Source: a virus
Taxonomy: Duplodnaviria > Caudoviricetes
IMG/VR virus record: IMGVR_UViG_3300032257_000013
Span: 1 to 60,251 of that record
Length of the DNA: 60,251 nucleotides
Direction: 5' to 3' (one strand)
The notes under the pieces were generated by a model, which saw only the letters and a list, made by a program, of their open reading frames with translations, did no database searches and was not told the DNA's origin. Both the position numbers and the translations under genes were made by a program. This document shows, one piece after another, positions 29,001 to 36,953 of this stretch; positions within the stretch are counted from its first letter, which is position 1, and each line of letters starts with the position of its first letter.

Positions 29001-29737
29001 CCGCCTTGTGTCATTGACTGCAACGAAGCCCTTACTTCAGCTTGATCAAAGCTAAACCCTTTCTCAATGGATTCTGCAAGATTAGGCCCGTATGTATTAG
29101 CAAATGAACTGGAATAACCAGCCCCAGCCATTGTCGCAACTTGCCTTTTAATTCCCTTAAGAGCGACGGGAAGAACTTTGTCCATCCCTTTAGCGCCAAA
29201 GAGCATGGTAACTATTTGCGGCGCAAGCTCAGCCGCTTGGTCAATTATAAATCCTGTTGTATCAGGTGAATCAATAACCTCACTAATGAAATCGCCTGCC
29301 GCACCTACATATCCATCTGCCTTATTTGCCTCGTTATATGCTCGAGTCATTGTTGGATGTGTTGGAAGTTCAGCTATTTTCTCTTGTTGCGCAGAAACCT
29401 CATCCTTGTAAGATTCTCTTGGGCGAATTAATGGAGCTAGTTTTCTGCCGGTCTTTTCCTCATACATAGCAGACATTGTGTCTTGAATTTCATTAGCACC
29501 TGACGCTTCACTGAACTTTGCGGCAGCACCGAGAGCGCCTTGATACAACCTACGAGCGCCCTTCTCTATAGACGACAAAACACCGCCACCCTCATCCTCG
29601 TACGCTTTTATTTCTGCCTCATAGTCAGTATCGGATGAAGAATCATCTGCAAAAGGGTTCCCCTCAACGGGCATAAGCGTTGGCGCATCATTCTGCGCTG
29701 ACTCGAACGGATTACCACTAACTGGTGTGAGCTTCAT
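20087..29737 (-). CDS. Giant polyvalent internal virion/ejection protein: 2H phosphoesterase, GNAT, N6-adenine MTase, zincin metallopeptidase, LPD38-like C-terminus
   Basis: HITV/HITL; RKQGVGT..FYKRFGF; DFFPTP, LEPSAGMG, NPPF; HELTH; TVNFNRKG..LYLFYNAS.QG..IPLPWG; last gene of late operon after ejection genes. Confidence 0.85.
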   Translation of the reverse strand: MKLTPVSGNPFESAQNDAPTLMPVEGNPFADDSSSDTDYEAEIKAYEDEGGGVLSSIEKGARRLYQGALGAAAKFSEASGANEIQDTMSAMYEEKTGRKLAPLIRPRESYKDEVSAQQEKIAELPTHPTMTRAYNEANKADGYVGAAGDFISEVIDSPDTTGFIIDQAAELAPQIVTMLFGAKGMDKVLPVALKGIKRQVATMAGAGYSSSFANTYGPNLAESIEKGFSFDQAEVRASLQSMTQGGVDALTAAVVPWKIGPNQFTNIPAQTFIQMIGGATGEIARSAVVGEEASQADVVVEGLLEALGLPGDIAANVLTRKKTDASPQLTPVDGNPFEPADQSPQTSPIRDIADQLSPKTAKLRDRILATREAKAQEQKIAQEREAAFAEREAAPVDDAQVREDMMMQQDQPRYLNKLQRDENRLPGKVDAGTETVEPFDVVSERPLDETAQQALNQEAPANNAMADALSPVADKMQGDNSRAARLPANLKDPRLAREDYRAPLQQMSDDLTKGGGIALVGGQFSEMNQDKPATQVDDPIRTSSINPEWFQNMTAPAVDGSAVDTGYSVKDTQRAVNKALEGKLLGKREIRVIEYMLDQVEADRTSPDNIDYARDTQAAVRQKIAKPLPRGEIAKLIADSPEINYEPGSRSDESAYNSEWDAETRSLADLAREAFELDPAGYDALVERTDSLSDYAIAQELIKFTKEPRNAAPQATQTEEQADAGDPRPTDRRREERLQTEDKDLLGDNTQAAQEVKDAAVAQDKKRSPNKDVPADQGIAGDLFSEQANNQVDIEDVVSKQSDTKPVVSPETENNILKTEPNQSTSINAQEIDKSPPDTTTKTPQQAASDEAVSDSGGQKKQKIDKAARKAIKDYRGEHRSLVDAPGFYSGWNDAKADKKENVKDLPESQWGAYDDGYTAYREHSGQIDFSDNETTSEAVSTSTAHEYDYSSSQVALDGDDMMRVRQTAKRLIDVNDIDPAEGLEERPHITVKYGLHTSDSTDLSKALQGEGKITATVDGVEIFENDENDVVVLRVSSPDLTRLNKKIADSLEHTDTFPDYKPHITLGYVKKGAGKKYAKIKTDLEGQVFTFNAVEFSGKDGGLTKIKMEGVQQPISKKKPDILTPVSKREEKPKAARPDVDVTVPVSKRETPKVNEDVNSDVDEFATNLEAELGLKSLHMFSSKGDLKLQTIIVEKDKRKQGVGTQAMERIVEYADEKGFRVILTPAVRDDFQGVTSRSRLVKFYKRFGFVENKGRNKDFTISESMYRESVVGDGKTDSLVTVSKREKVAVDSLSSFDDFKSRLYDGKVKADEFKSAFESVVANKDSILSEISSMTKPGIFKRFSGLEYRYKSEKKDRVIGAAFDRITDEFNLSDSVSFMIGGGNYEESRLNSIRQSVEKATDESITEHFDEIIKARDERNKEFEAAKLGAENPEKLEDYIRNVRIKMAEGATFQDARMTLSPEQRATFDTLLAEKTRSERGAKKAEDRTRVGSAGATTDTEIIETKHTRDDYDLFVVQTAERVDRDIYKEWLSAAKKMGGWYSRFRGTGAVPGFQFKTRESAEAFQKYVSAGDTDAVQEQAKVRRDAFEDDRSQSAVERLNEMADRLEGRADESLGQERKVNTSRRAGMAARAEASASYDKAMSETMRNIAAAIESGKAKFLDRVRQKTQVEMMSTFVNLAKDEQIRNKFPEYRDQVKRKGEAPDAETADFATWPTYTAFRSDLARLGRQAQETEGMKLIGQKILKVADDVTKEYLKFAKENLNKVSTFSTKSGDRAAFKSKAAATEAIRRSGYRGQAIVLPFKRGENLIILSPSEAQKRGIWDGDDDKRITLNPEFVEKLIGKARRKNNLTVPWQFESVYEKRKRLDSMGLETPAEFRSALREFVALREAPAEPDKIKEMERKMIGRAKDGLDFFPTPESVADEMVEIAQIEPGMTVLEPSAGMGHIAERIREAGVEPDVVEFSSSRRELLEAKGLNIVGNDFMDVTDGDYDRIIMNPPFSDRRDAEHVQHAYDQLKPGGRIVAIMGEGVFFGKDKTAAAFREWLESVGGTEEKLPEGSFQDTSLPVNTGTNARMVVIEKSADIGEAKLSRAKKKSTPLAAVELDAVIDRVAPFLKGADGVTVVDTFRDLPAAIQDDAKKQDAGDGDVEGVFHKGKVYLVRDAIVSEEHAETVLLHELTHRGMDVIYGNKGVNAAMRKLYMAMGSSKGLNRIAKDLGIDLKPYREGLSSTFPDGTQRYSKEQRANILVEEVIAHQGELKPSIQKRIRELIGAIKEWLRSHGLTKLASKYGANDIAYMAKKAREAGSGKASKRGATRFMATGASESESESVSMFSRKSEEDATNALPEESRAQQIWDTLVFKAQDKFAPLLKVQRQAEKKQGVDELLEDQDAYLAELRYHGMTGAKIEDFHEDHIQPLLEAIHKADLSLEEIGEVLHARHAPEANAQLKKINPDREDNEALSGMSNEEAVQVIKDFKERGQLDALEDIASRVDIITKARRDLLRESGLEANETIDAWENAYKYYIPLQREGKGKGMPRKGKGFDTRGKSKRRTGSNLDVANVLAQVVAQYEATVIRSEKAKVGKALLDFVKANPDEKLYTIDKPDYKATFDKDGLVVYRPDTSYILADNVLSVRIDGEEHHITFNEKSVDAMRIARSMKNLGAQDAGVIVNALLKVNRWLALVNTSANPEFVISNFARDMQTAGYNLNDTEAANMKKAIFKDVGKAWRGIRSAQKGKLDQAWAKHFREFRDAGGKTGWMDHYRDIDQRETKLKKLLREMQPGKIMTIKRGLNNLMKFIEDENTAVENAVRLSTFVHARKAGISEAKAARIAKELTVNFNRKGDSGQVLNALYLFYNASIQGSVRLIIAARKSSKVRKMMLGTVAFAVMLDMLNRSLGGDDDDGEPRYDKIPDYTKAHNLIVMRPGGDYFKIPLPWGYNVMHVTGQVLGEAMSKKGFKSTDGAMRVLSSVMGAFNPIGGEESILQMVSPTITDPFIQWGTNKDFAGRPLRPADNPFGVDKPNSQKYWGSVREPSRYITEQLNSLTGGDAVRPGAVDISPEFFDLMYDTVTGGAGRFLGDTVATPIKILQKEEIETYTVPLVRKLYGTQNPRRMVSSYYKNMEDIRLVENQIKFYREDPEKRRSVKDEFNAQYRLIGRAKQYQSQIRKLRKRRNQIKNTKKLTDQERKLKLQPIEDRINLVMTKFNKLYREKVVMP

Positions 29738-30784
29738 TTACTGCTCTACCTTATAAAATTTACCATCTTTTTCTACATACCAGTTTCCATCGGGCGCTTG
29801 CTGGGCTCCTGGATAAGGTGCTCCGCCTTCAGGACTTAGCGTGCCACCACCCGCTCCAAGAGCAGGCTGTGAAGCTTCACTATAATAAGTATCCATGAAC
29901 TCGTCAGTGAGATTTTGCGCTTGAGTTGAAGCGGCTGTCCGCTCTTCCTCGTTATACGCATTTTTCATCAACGTAGTCACCAGACCTGAATAAAACTTAG
30001 CCCTTGCGTCTTGAGGTGATGTGGCGGACTTCTGTGACGCCGTGGCATGAGCCCTTAACCATCGCTGATCGTCATTTTCACCCTGAACCGTTGGAAGCCT
30101 TTTATAGATCGCGTTGGTTTCTTGAAGGATGGCTGGCGTCGCGCCAGCTTTTCCTGATCGCGGATCAATGCCGATAATCTCTTCCCCGCTGCTAGGATTA
30201 ACCAAGCGCTGATTACCACCTAAAGCGATTGGCTTCTGGTTCGCACCAAGCGCGGACAATATATCGTCAGGGGCAATGGTGAACCCTTCGTCGTTTGCGT
30301 CGGTAGCAATCCAGGTATCAGGCAATGAAGGATGCTTTTGAACATCCTTAACGCGACCTTCACCAGTTTGGTTGTAATACGCCATCGCTTTATCAGGCTG
30401 GCCGAGTTTTAGATAACGCATCGCATCGACAAGACCTTCCTTGTCGGCTAAGCGTCTTTTCTGCTCAATGGACAGCTCATCAGCTTCGCTTTTATTCTTG
30501 AGTGCTTTTTCCTTGAGCGGCCTTAGACCGAGATTGTAATTATAATTCTCATCAGCTCGCGCATCGGTCTTGTCACGACGATCACGCTTATATTCTTGGT
30601 CTTCCTCATTCAGCGACCTTAACCCAAGATTGTAGTTATACTCTTCGTCGGCGCGCTCATCGAGCTTTGTTCGACGATTACGGTTATGCGCTCGATCCTG
30701 TTCCTGTTCTTTTATCTGACGGCCTCTCAAATAACCGTTTAGACCAGCATTAATTGCTTCCGAAAAACCTTGATGACGTGCCAT
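29738..30784 (-). CDS. Putative internal virion/ejection protein
   Basis: Helical, 31-aa internal duplication (RADE.YNYNLGLR), C-terminal PGAQQAPDGNWYV; position. Confidence 0.65.
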   Translation of the reverse strand: MARHQGFSEAINAGLNGYLRGRQIKEQEQDRAHNRNRRTKLDERADEEYNYNLGLRSLNEEDQEYKRDRRDKTDARADENYNYNLGLRPLKEKALKNKSEADELSIEQKRRLADKEGLVDAMRYLKLGQPDKAMAYYNQTGEGRVKDVQKHPSLPDTWIATDANDEGFTIAPDDILSALGANQKPIALGGNQRLVNPSSGEEIIGIDPRSGKAGATPAILQETNAIYKRLPTVQGENDDQRWLRAHATASQKSATSPQDARAKFYSGLVTTLMKNAYNEEERTAASTQAQNLTDEFMDTYYSEASQPALGAGGGTLSPEGGAPYPGAQQAPDGNWYVEKDGKFYKVEQ

Positions 30785-30808
30785 TATTTAATCCTCTAAA
30801 TTAATTAC

Positions 30809-31465
30809 TTATGCCATTACAGTTCTTGGCGCTACAGTTCTTGGCGCCACAGGTTGTGGTGTAGGCGTAATTGATGCTGGCGTGCGCGTCATGCCGTAAA
30901 TCGTCCCAGCCGTATTCAGGCCGGCAGCTAATGAACTGCTTGCTGCGGAGTTATAATTGTTCGCATTATCCTGAGCGCGATTAGAATTTTCACCGAGAAC
31001 ATTTATTGCCGGGTTTCTTAACCCAAGTCCAGCCGACCGTGCTTCAGACGTTGCGCCACGCTCATAATCTTTTAAGCTACGACGTGTTGTGTTTATTGCG
31101 TTAGCTTCAGCAACGGCCAGATTAAGTGCGTTGCGCTTATTCAATGATTTGAATTTTCCTGACGCTGGGTTAATCCCGTATCGACCCAGGCTACGCTTTT
31201 CCATTTCAGCCGACTTACTAAAAGAATCACGAACCGCCGTGCTGGCCTCGCCAATACCCTTTGCGTAATCAGCTTCAGATAAATTCGCATCACCCAGCAT
31301 GTCATCGACGAGTTTTTTCTTATATGCAAACTCTTCCTTGGCAAGACCTAACTGTTCACGGCCAAGAGAATCAGCTTGATTCTGAGCGCCTTTTGCTGCC
31401 TTTCGATTCTTTCGGCTTTCGCTCGCGCCCAATACTGCGCTACCGACTATTGCTGCTGCTGGCAT
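30809..31465 (-). CDS. Putative ejection (DNA pilot-like) protein
   Basis: Ala/Gly-rich N-terminus, LGRYGINPASG motif; follows the GNAT gene as in P22-like podoviruses. Confidence 0.65.
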   Translation of the reverse strand: MPAAAIVGSAVLGASESRKNRKAAKGAQNQADSLGREQLGLAKEEFAYKKKLVDDMLGDANLSEADYAKGIGEASTAVRDSFSKSAEMEKRSLGRYGINPASGKFKSLNKRNALNLAVAEANAINTTRRSLKDYERGATSEARSAGLGLRNPAINVLGENSNRAQDNANNYNSAASSSLAAGLNTAGTIYGMTRTPASITPTPQPVAPRTVAPRTVMA

Positions 31466-31935
31466 AACAACTCCCCTTTAACGATTCCTAATAGATGCTG
31501 ATCCATAATATTTCCACCTTTCATAAAACTTGCCCGATTAATTCCTTCGTTTTTCATTCCAACCTTTTTAGCAAGACGGTATGCAGCCCTGTTATTCTCA
31601 GGAACATGCGTTATGACTTTCTTGCATGACGTGCCTGAAAACATCCATTCAAGCGAAGCGATAGCCATATCAACAACCATAGATCCACGATATTCAGGAA
31701 GAATATTTGTATGGACTTCGTAGGTAATAGAGTTGTGAGGGTGATAGAAAAAAATACCTGCAACATTATTATCAATAAGTGGCGCAAGAAAATAGCAGGC
31801 ATGATTATCGATCATACTCAAGCAGTCGAACTTAACGGCATCAGGAGCGCCATCGTCAGAGACAAACGGATAAATAGATGGATGAGAAATAATCCGATTC
31901 ACCAAATCAACATCAAATGTCCGTTCAATGTGCAT
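31447..31935 (-). CDS. GNAT-fold virion assembly protein (P22 gp14/DUF2824-like)
   Basis: EVH..ILPEYRG, KVITHVP..NRAA.RLAKKVGM..EG. Confidence 0.75.
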   Translation of the reverse strand: MHIERTFDVDLVNRIISHPSIYPFVSDDGAPDAVKFDCLSMIDNHACYFLAPLIDNNVAGIFFYHPHNSITYEVHTNILPEYRGSMVVDMAIASLEWMFSGTSCKKVITHVPENNRAAYRLAKKVGMKNEGINRASFMKGGNIMDQHLLGIVKGELLCQQQQ

Positions 31936-31948
31936 AAAAAAACCGACT

Positions 31949-32152
31949 CTAGGCCGGCTCAACCTCACCTTCTATCTCACTATTGGGCGGGGCTTGATTC
32001 TGTTGTGCAAACCGAATCCCAGCCAAGAACGTTTGCGCCTCAGTAATTTCTCTGCCTGCATTATCAATTTCATTCTGCAATTGGTGCTTGCGCAGTAATG
32101 CGTTATTCAGGCGGCTTGTTTGTGCCTGTATTTGTGTGTCAAGCGTGCTCAT
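31949..32152 (-). CDS. Small coiled-coil hypothetical protein
   Basis: ORF in late operon; start uncertain. Confidence 0.45.
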   Translation of the reverse strand: MSTLDTQIQAQTSRLNNALLRKHQLQNEIDNAGREITEAQTFLAGIRFAQQNQAPPNSEIEGEVEPA

Positions 32153-32357
32153 TACTTTCTCCTTCATCCCATTCAATAGATTTTTTGCAATGTCTTTTAT
32201 CGATCTTATTAAGGATCTTGCACAGTAATGTGCAGAATTTACATTTCCCTACTCGCTTCCCACAGCGTGAGCTCACGGTTTCATCTGGACTACCAAGAAA
32301 CAACGTGTTTAACAGTTGGTCTAGTGATATTAAAATATTAACAATATAGTCTTTCAT
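32139..32357 (-). CDS. Conserved small phage protein
   Basis: N.LI.LDQ..N...G.PDET.SSR....HC..SI motif. Confidence 0.7.
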   Translation of the reverse strand: MKDYIVNILISLDQLLNTLFLGSPDETVSSRCGKRVGKCKFCTLLCKILNKIDKRHCKKSIEWDEGESNEHA

Positions 32358-32554
32358 AGCTTTCTCGATAAATATGCCACGGCCTTTGCGAGCGTTTTCA
32401 ATACAACTTTCGCACTGGCCAAGTTAGTAACGTTACTGTTTATATAAGCGTCGATTTGTTGCGGCGTTTTTGTGCGCAAAGCAGACAGCACAGAATCGCG
32501 CTTTGTTTCTTCGCGATCTTTATAATCTCGTGTTGTCCTTACGTTGCGCCTCAT
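32354..32554 (-). CDS. Hypothetical tail-associated protein
   Basis: ATGA-coupled ORF in tail region. Confidence 0.55.
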   Translation of the reverse strand: MRRNVRTTRDYKDREETKRDSVLSALRTKTPQQIDAYINSNVTNLASAKVVLKTLAKAVAYLSRKL

Positions 32555-32949
32555 ACCGCTGTAATCTCTATTGTTTGATCAAGATATGGAAATGCAGAGA
32601 GCGTAACGGTATATGTTCCGGCAGTATCAAAAGTAAGCTCAAGCGATCCATCGGTTACTTGAAATGAGTCATTAGCTGGACCAGTTATTACAACATTAGT
32701 AGGATTCGGCACACTTAGCGTTGTCGACACGTCAACGCCATCAGCAATAACAGTGGTTTTATCGGGCGTTAAAGCGAGCTGCGGTTTGTCTGTGACAACG
32801 CCTGCTAGGATGTACTGAGTCGCATCATTTGCAGTGCCTTCGATAACTGTTTCGCCAACTTGGGCCTGCATGGCCGCCATATAGGTATGCACATGTCCAG
32901 TACGGAGTATTTCACCAGACATCGAGTCAAACACAACAATGTTGCTCAT
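32551..32949 (-). CDS. Tail fibre assembly/accessory protein
   Basis: GEILRTG N-terminus plus Ig-like ADGVD..GTYTV..FPYL; follows fibre gene. Confidence 0.6.
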   Translation of the reverse strand: MSNIVVFDSMSGEILRTGHVHTYMAAMQAQVGETVIEGTANDATQYILAGVVTDKPQLALTPDKTTVIADGVDVSTTLSVPNPTNVVITGPANDSFQVTDGSLELTFDTAGTYTVTLSAFPYLDQTIEITAV

Positions 32950-34391
32950 TTTTTAGTCTCCAGCAAAACTAGAGACCTACGCCCGGCTATAGGCGTACCT
33001 GAGGCTGAGATTACATTTATTTTAAGGTGGTATGTGTAGGATGCTGCTCCAGGGGTTTCAGATATAGCGCCTGATATTGCTTCACCATACGTATCGCCCG
33101 TATTACCCCTAGTAAACACAAAACTAGAATATATCATAGTCGTGTCACGATACACTTCAATAGCAAAAGTATAATTACCTACGTTTAACACTGACACAGC
33201 AAAACTTATACTAATTGTTGCTCCTGTAGAAACTATCCCAACACTCTGTAGAGTAGTTATGCCGACTGAAGCATTAACGTTCCCAGAAGTATAGAGGGCA
33301 TTCGGTATAGTTACTGCCTGATATTCTAAGTTATCAGTAAGGATGGCTAAAGATGCAATCTTTGCTCCTGTGATAACAGCATTGCCAATCTTTGCATTCG
33401 TAATAGCCGCATTAGCTATTTTTGCATTGGTTACAGCCAGATCATCAATGTGCGCCGTGCCAATATAACCCTGCGCGGCAACAAGCGAATCCATGAAGGC
33501 GTTTTGAATCTTTGCTGTAGTAATTGTCGCGTCTGCGATATAAGCAGTATCCATTACCACCGCAGGGCTGCCACCTACATCACCGATAATAAACGGGATA
33601 ACTTCACTGCCCGCTGCAATCGCTTCAAATGTTACTGTTCCACTGACAACAGTGTTACCTACAACAGTCGGCCACGTTGGCTCAGTGCCGCCAGACGTAC
33701 CTGCGACTGTCACCTTATACCAAAGGCCGGTTTCAGCGCTTGGCGTCGGCATGGCGTAACTGTTAAGCGCGTATGCCGTGCTTGGCTTAAACTTCGTCGT
33801 CAGGATATCGAGAACATAGCTCGGATCGTATGACGGCTGCCCGATTGTTCCAGGCACTGCATTATAAGCACCGATGACTGCGGTATCAGATTCAAACGCC
33901 ACCCAATAATAATAGGTGCCGCCACTGGTGATATCGCTATCGACGTACATTAAGCCATCGGACGCACCGAGGTATTCAGCTTGCCCTACGTCATCTACCG
34001 AAGCCCGGTATATTCTTGCTCTGGCGTGGTTGCTGTATGCCAAACGCGGATCATCGTACCGTACAACCACTGTGCCGATTGCAGCCGTTACGACAACATT
34101 AGTCGGGGCAGGCGGCGTCGATAAGTTTGGCACAACGGTGCTGGCAACAAACCCGGATGAGTTATTGCCATTAAAGGTGATTGTTTTGCCGTTTTGTAAA
34201 ACATCAATCAACCCAGCTTCATACAGGCCGCGCCAAGTAATCGATTTATCAAGCGGCTCATTACGCGGGGCTTTACCTTCACGAACATCAAGGATTTGCT
34301 TGATAGCCGTTAATGCTGCGCGCGTCTGCGCATCCGTTATACGTGAAACATCAGGTATTGACTGAATTTTTGTTTCAGTTACAAGGCTCAT
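32946..34391 (-). CDS. Tail fibre/tail tip-associated protein
   Basis: FN3-like YYYWV, GTSGGTEPTWPT module, A.IT.AKI repeats. Confidence 0.75.
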   Translation of the reverse strand: MSLVTETKIQSIPDVSRITDAQTRAALTAIKQILDVREGKAPRNEPLDKSITWRGLYEAGLIDVLQNGKTITFNGNNSSGFVASTVVPNLSTPPAPTNVVVTAAIGTVVVRYDDPRLAYSNHARARIYRASVDDVGQAEYLGASDGLMYVDSDITSGGTYYYWVAFESDTAVIGAYNAVPGTIGQPSYDPSYVLDILTTKFKPSTAYALNSYAMPTPSAETGLWYKVTVAGTSGGTEPTWPTVVGNTVVSGTVTFEAIAAGSEVIPFIIGDVGGSPAVVMDTAYIADATITTAKIQNAFMDSLVAAQGYIGTAHIDDLAVTNAKIANAAITNAKIGNAVITGAKIASLAILTDNLEYQAVTIPNALYTSGNVNASVGITTLQSVGIVSTGATISISFAVSVLNVGNYTFAIEVYRDTTMIYSSFVFTRGNTGDTYGEAISGAISETPGAASYTYHLKINVISASGTPIAGRRSLVLLETKK

Positions 34392-36859
34392 CAGGCAGCT
34401 TTCAAGTCGTCAACGGATTCACCGACAAGCACTTCTTCAATATCGTCAGTACCGGTCAATTCAATTTCATATTTTTCGCCGAGGTATCCAGCAGGCAACC
34501 TAAAAGGATCGCTGTTTAATACCGCTTTTGTTTTCTTGAGTACGCCATCGGCATACAATTTCAGCGTTAAGTTTGAATAGCTTTTTGCAAACACGCGGGC
34601 AGCGCCCATATTGAGCGGAACACCAGAACGAAACTCTTTGCTTTTCCAAGTGTACGTTTGCTTCGTACTGTTGCCTTCCCACTTTTCAACATTATTGTTG
34701 ATAATCAGATACAGCTCATCCGAAAGAAGATCCCGAAAACCGCCTGCGGCAAACATATCAATATGGGTAAAGCCTGACTCGGGCTCGCTTGGGTCAAAAA
34801 TAAAGCCGCCCTGAGTGGTGCCGTTATCATAAAAAGCAATGTATTGCCCTTCATGCCCAAAGGCGACAATACTCTCAGGTTTATAGGCTTGCCATTCATC
34901 ACGCTTGAGATAATTTTTAGTGACAACATCCGCGCTGCCCGGCCTGATTGATACCAAGCCATCCGGCGATGGATATACAACGCCAAAACTATCAAGACCC
35001 ACAATGCCGCGCTTACTAACGCAGGACTGGTCAAGATCGAGCTTTGACATGCTCATGCTTTCTGGATCAGAGCCGGTAATCAGATACGGCGTCCCTTCTG
35101 TCACTACTACAATATTGGTATCGAACGCACCACCGCCAACAATCGGATAATCTGTTGTTAGCACCGAGCCAGCAGGATAAGCATGAGGAAGAAAGGCTGG
35201 CGTAAAATATACATCGCTTTTCGAGAAGCCATAACCAATGCCGTTTGGCAGCATACCGATACCAAATAAATCCGATGGTGGCGGCGTCCAGTCCGTGCTT
35301 GGAATATTCTCGCCAAGCGCGGTATCGGCTTTGGTGTCAGCGTATGTCGTATTCGCGACCGCTATTTCATCGACAAGCTGATAAGAAGAAGAGCCGGAAG
35401 CTGTGCGGTAAATCCGCTTCAACGTAATGTTGTAGCTTCCAGCAGGCCCGGTTTGCATACCGGACAAGTCAATGGTCTGCCCCAGGCAGAAATTGACAAC
35501 CGAGGAAAGAGGACTCGGCGGACCCTCTTCACCCAGGGCAGATACGTTGGTGTAGACATAGGCGGTACTTGTCTGGTCAGACGAAGCGCAACCGCCCCCT
35601 GCGCCCGGCGTCGCTGTCAATGCAACGGTCGGCGCTGGTACACCTAAATCATAAGTATTGTTTGGGTAATCTGTTCCGCCACCGCTTACTGCGATAGGCG
35701 AATAAGTCATTTTTGGTACGCCGTCACCTGTAAAGTAAGTGCGCTCTGTAACATCCCCTGCAATTGGCCCACGGAATACATCAACATCGGTTAGCCAGTG
35801 GAAAAAGTAGCCGTTTTCTTTCGCCCAATTTCCATTAGCTAAATCTATAACTTCAGACGCATTAAACGTTTCTATGTGAAATCCGGTTGTAGCTGACCCT
35901 AATACGCTAGCCGCAAGACCAGCGATAGCAGGGTATGCGCAAGTTATTATTGCTGGATGACCAACAACCGATGTCTTTGTTGTATCCGTGGCAGTAATTC
36001 TAACAACATCATTAATCCTGCACGTTATAACGTCGCCAACAACACTTATTTCTGCGCTGTATAAATTTCCTACAGTTAATGATTCCGTATACGTACCAAG
36101 AAGATCGCTTTGGTTGTAACCACCGTCTTTATATAAAAACCACGCTTCCCCATCAGTAACCAGCCCATAATACGACTCGGCTGTAGGTGAATGCCTAAGC
36201 GCTACACCAATATTGCCGATTTTAGAAGCAACATATATATCAGCACTTACCGTATAATCGGCCGTGATAGGAACGGCATCAATTGAGTTGTCAAACTCGT
36301 TTACTTCAATAGAGCCTGCAACATAAACTCTGTTGGCGTTAAAGGCTAAAGACGTAGTAGCGCCGCCTTGCCTGCTTATCCATGTGGTTCCAGATTCACC
36401 GTTATGCGCACCAAGCAGGACACCATTTGTGTCCGTCATAAGATCAAATACGGGAAACCCTATATATGACCCATCAACACCATCAAGTGTAAAGTTATCA
36501 TCATCAACGTAGGTTATGGTGTGAACGATGTTATCGAGAAGCGATACCCCCACCCCTGAGATAAAGACCTGCTGGCCAGTCGTTCTGCCATGGGCAGTAG
36601 ATTTTAATTTAACAGGATTTGATTGAATGATAGCCTCAATAGCACCGCTAGCATCCCCACCCGCAACCGCGCCCCATCGATGCAGGCTAAGCTTATTGCC
36701 AACCTTCGACGGCTTATTCACACGTAACGAATTACGCAGCGAACGAATTTCACCGCTGAACAATTTACAGTTTCTAGCCGTTTGCGCGTAATTTTCAGGC
36801 AACAGTCGCGCCGACTTGCGCGGAATTTCGCCTTTAAAATCTTTCAAAAATATCCGCAT
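34391..36859 (-). CDS. Podovirus tail nozzle/stabilisation protein with inserted FCCH-like and lectin-like domains
   Basis: F.GEIPR...RLLP..AQ.A.NC N-terminus; YVYT.V...GEEGPPS, P.AYP, V.YPSPDGL, YTWKSK.F. Confidence 0.75.
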   Translation of the reverse strand: MRIFLKDFKGEIPRKSARLLPENYAQTARNCKLFSGEIRSLRNSLRVNKPSKVGNKLSLHRWGAVAGGDASGAIEAIIQSNPVKLKSTAHGRTTGQQVFISGVGVSLLDNIVHTITYVDDDNFTLDGVDGSYIGFPVFDLMTDTNGVLLGAHNGESGTTWISRQGGATTSLAFNANRVYVAGSIEVNEFDNSIDAVPITADYTVSADIYVASKIGNIGVALRHSPTAESYYGLVTDGEAWFLYKDGGYNQSDLLGTYTESLTVGNLYSAEISVVGDVITCRINDVVRITATDTTKTSVVGHPAIITCAYPAIAGLAASVLGSATTGFHIETFNASEVIDLANGNWAKENGYFFHWLTDVDVFRGPIAGDVTERTYFTGDGVPKMTYSPIAVSGGGTDYPNNTYDLGVPAPTVALTATPGAGGGCASSDQTSTAYVYTNVSALGEEGPPSPLSSVVNFCLGQTIDLSGMQTGPAGSYNITLKRIYRTASGSSSYQLVDEIAVANTTYADTKADTALGENIPSTDWTPPPSDLFGIGMLPNGIGYGFSKSDVYFTPAFLPHAYPAGSVLTTDYPIVGGGAFDTNIVVVTEGTPYLITGSDPESMSMSKLDLDQSCVSKRGIVGLDSFGVVYPSPDGLVSIRPGSADVVTKNYLKRDEWQAYKPESIVAFGHEGQYIAFYDNGTTQGGFIFDPSEPESGFTHIDMFAAGGFRDLLSDELYLIINNNVEKWEGNSTKQTYTWKSKEFRSGVPLNMGAARVFAKSYSNLTLKLYADGVLKKTKAVLNSDPFRLPAGYLGEKYEIELTGTDDIEEVLVGESVDDLKAA

Positions 36860-36905
36860 TAACTTTTCCCACAGAAATGAAAGGATTGACATGAATTTTT
36901 CCCAC

Positions 36906-36930
36906 AAAAAAACCCGCTAAAAAGCGGGCT
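36906..36930 (-). terminator. Intrinsic terminator after spanins
   Basis: CCCGCT-TTTT-AGCGGG followed by T7 on minus strand. Confidence 0.7.
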
Positions 36931-36953
36931 TCGTTGGTGTTTTAGTTGACTAG

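Noticed and set aside
20427-29411. Many short plus-strand or alternate-frame ORFs inside the giant gene and other long genes
   Set aside because: Shadow ORFs without RBS, coupling or recognisable motifs.
30816-30850. 15-bp tandem repeat (VAPRT twice)
   Set aside because: In-frame duplication in a low-complexity tail; no sign of function.
36863-36907. TGTGGGAAAA direct repeat and extended ORF start upstream of the nozzle gene
   Set aside because: Only two copies next to a terminator tail; ATG 36859 fits the family N-terminus better.
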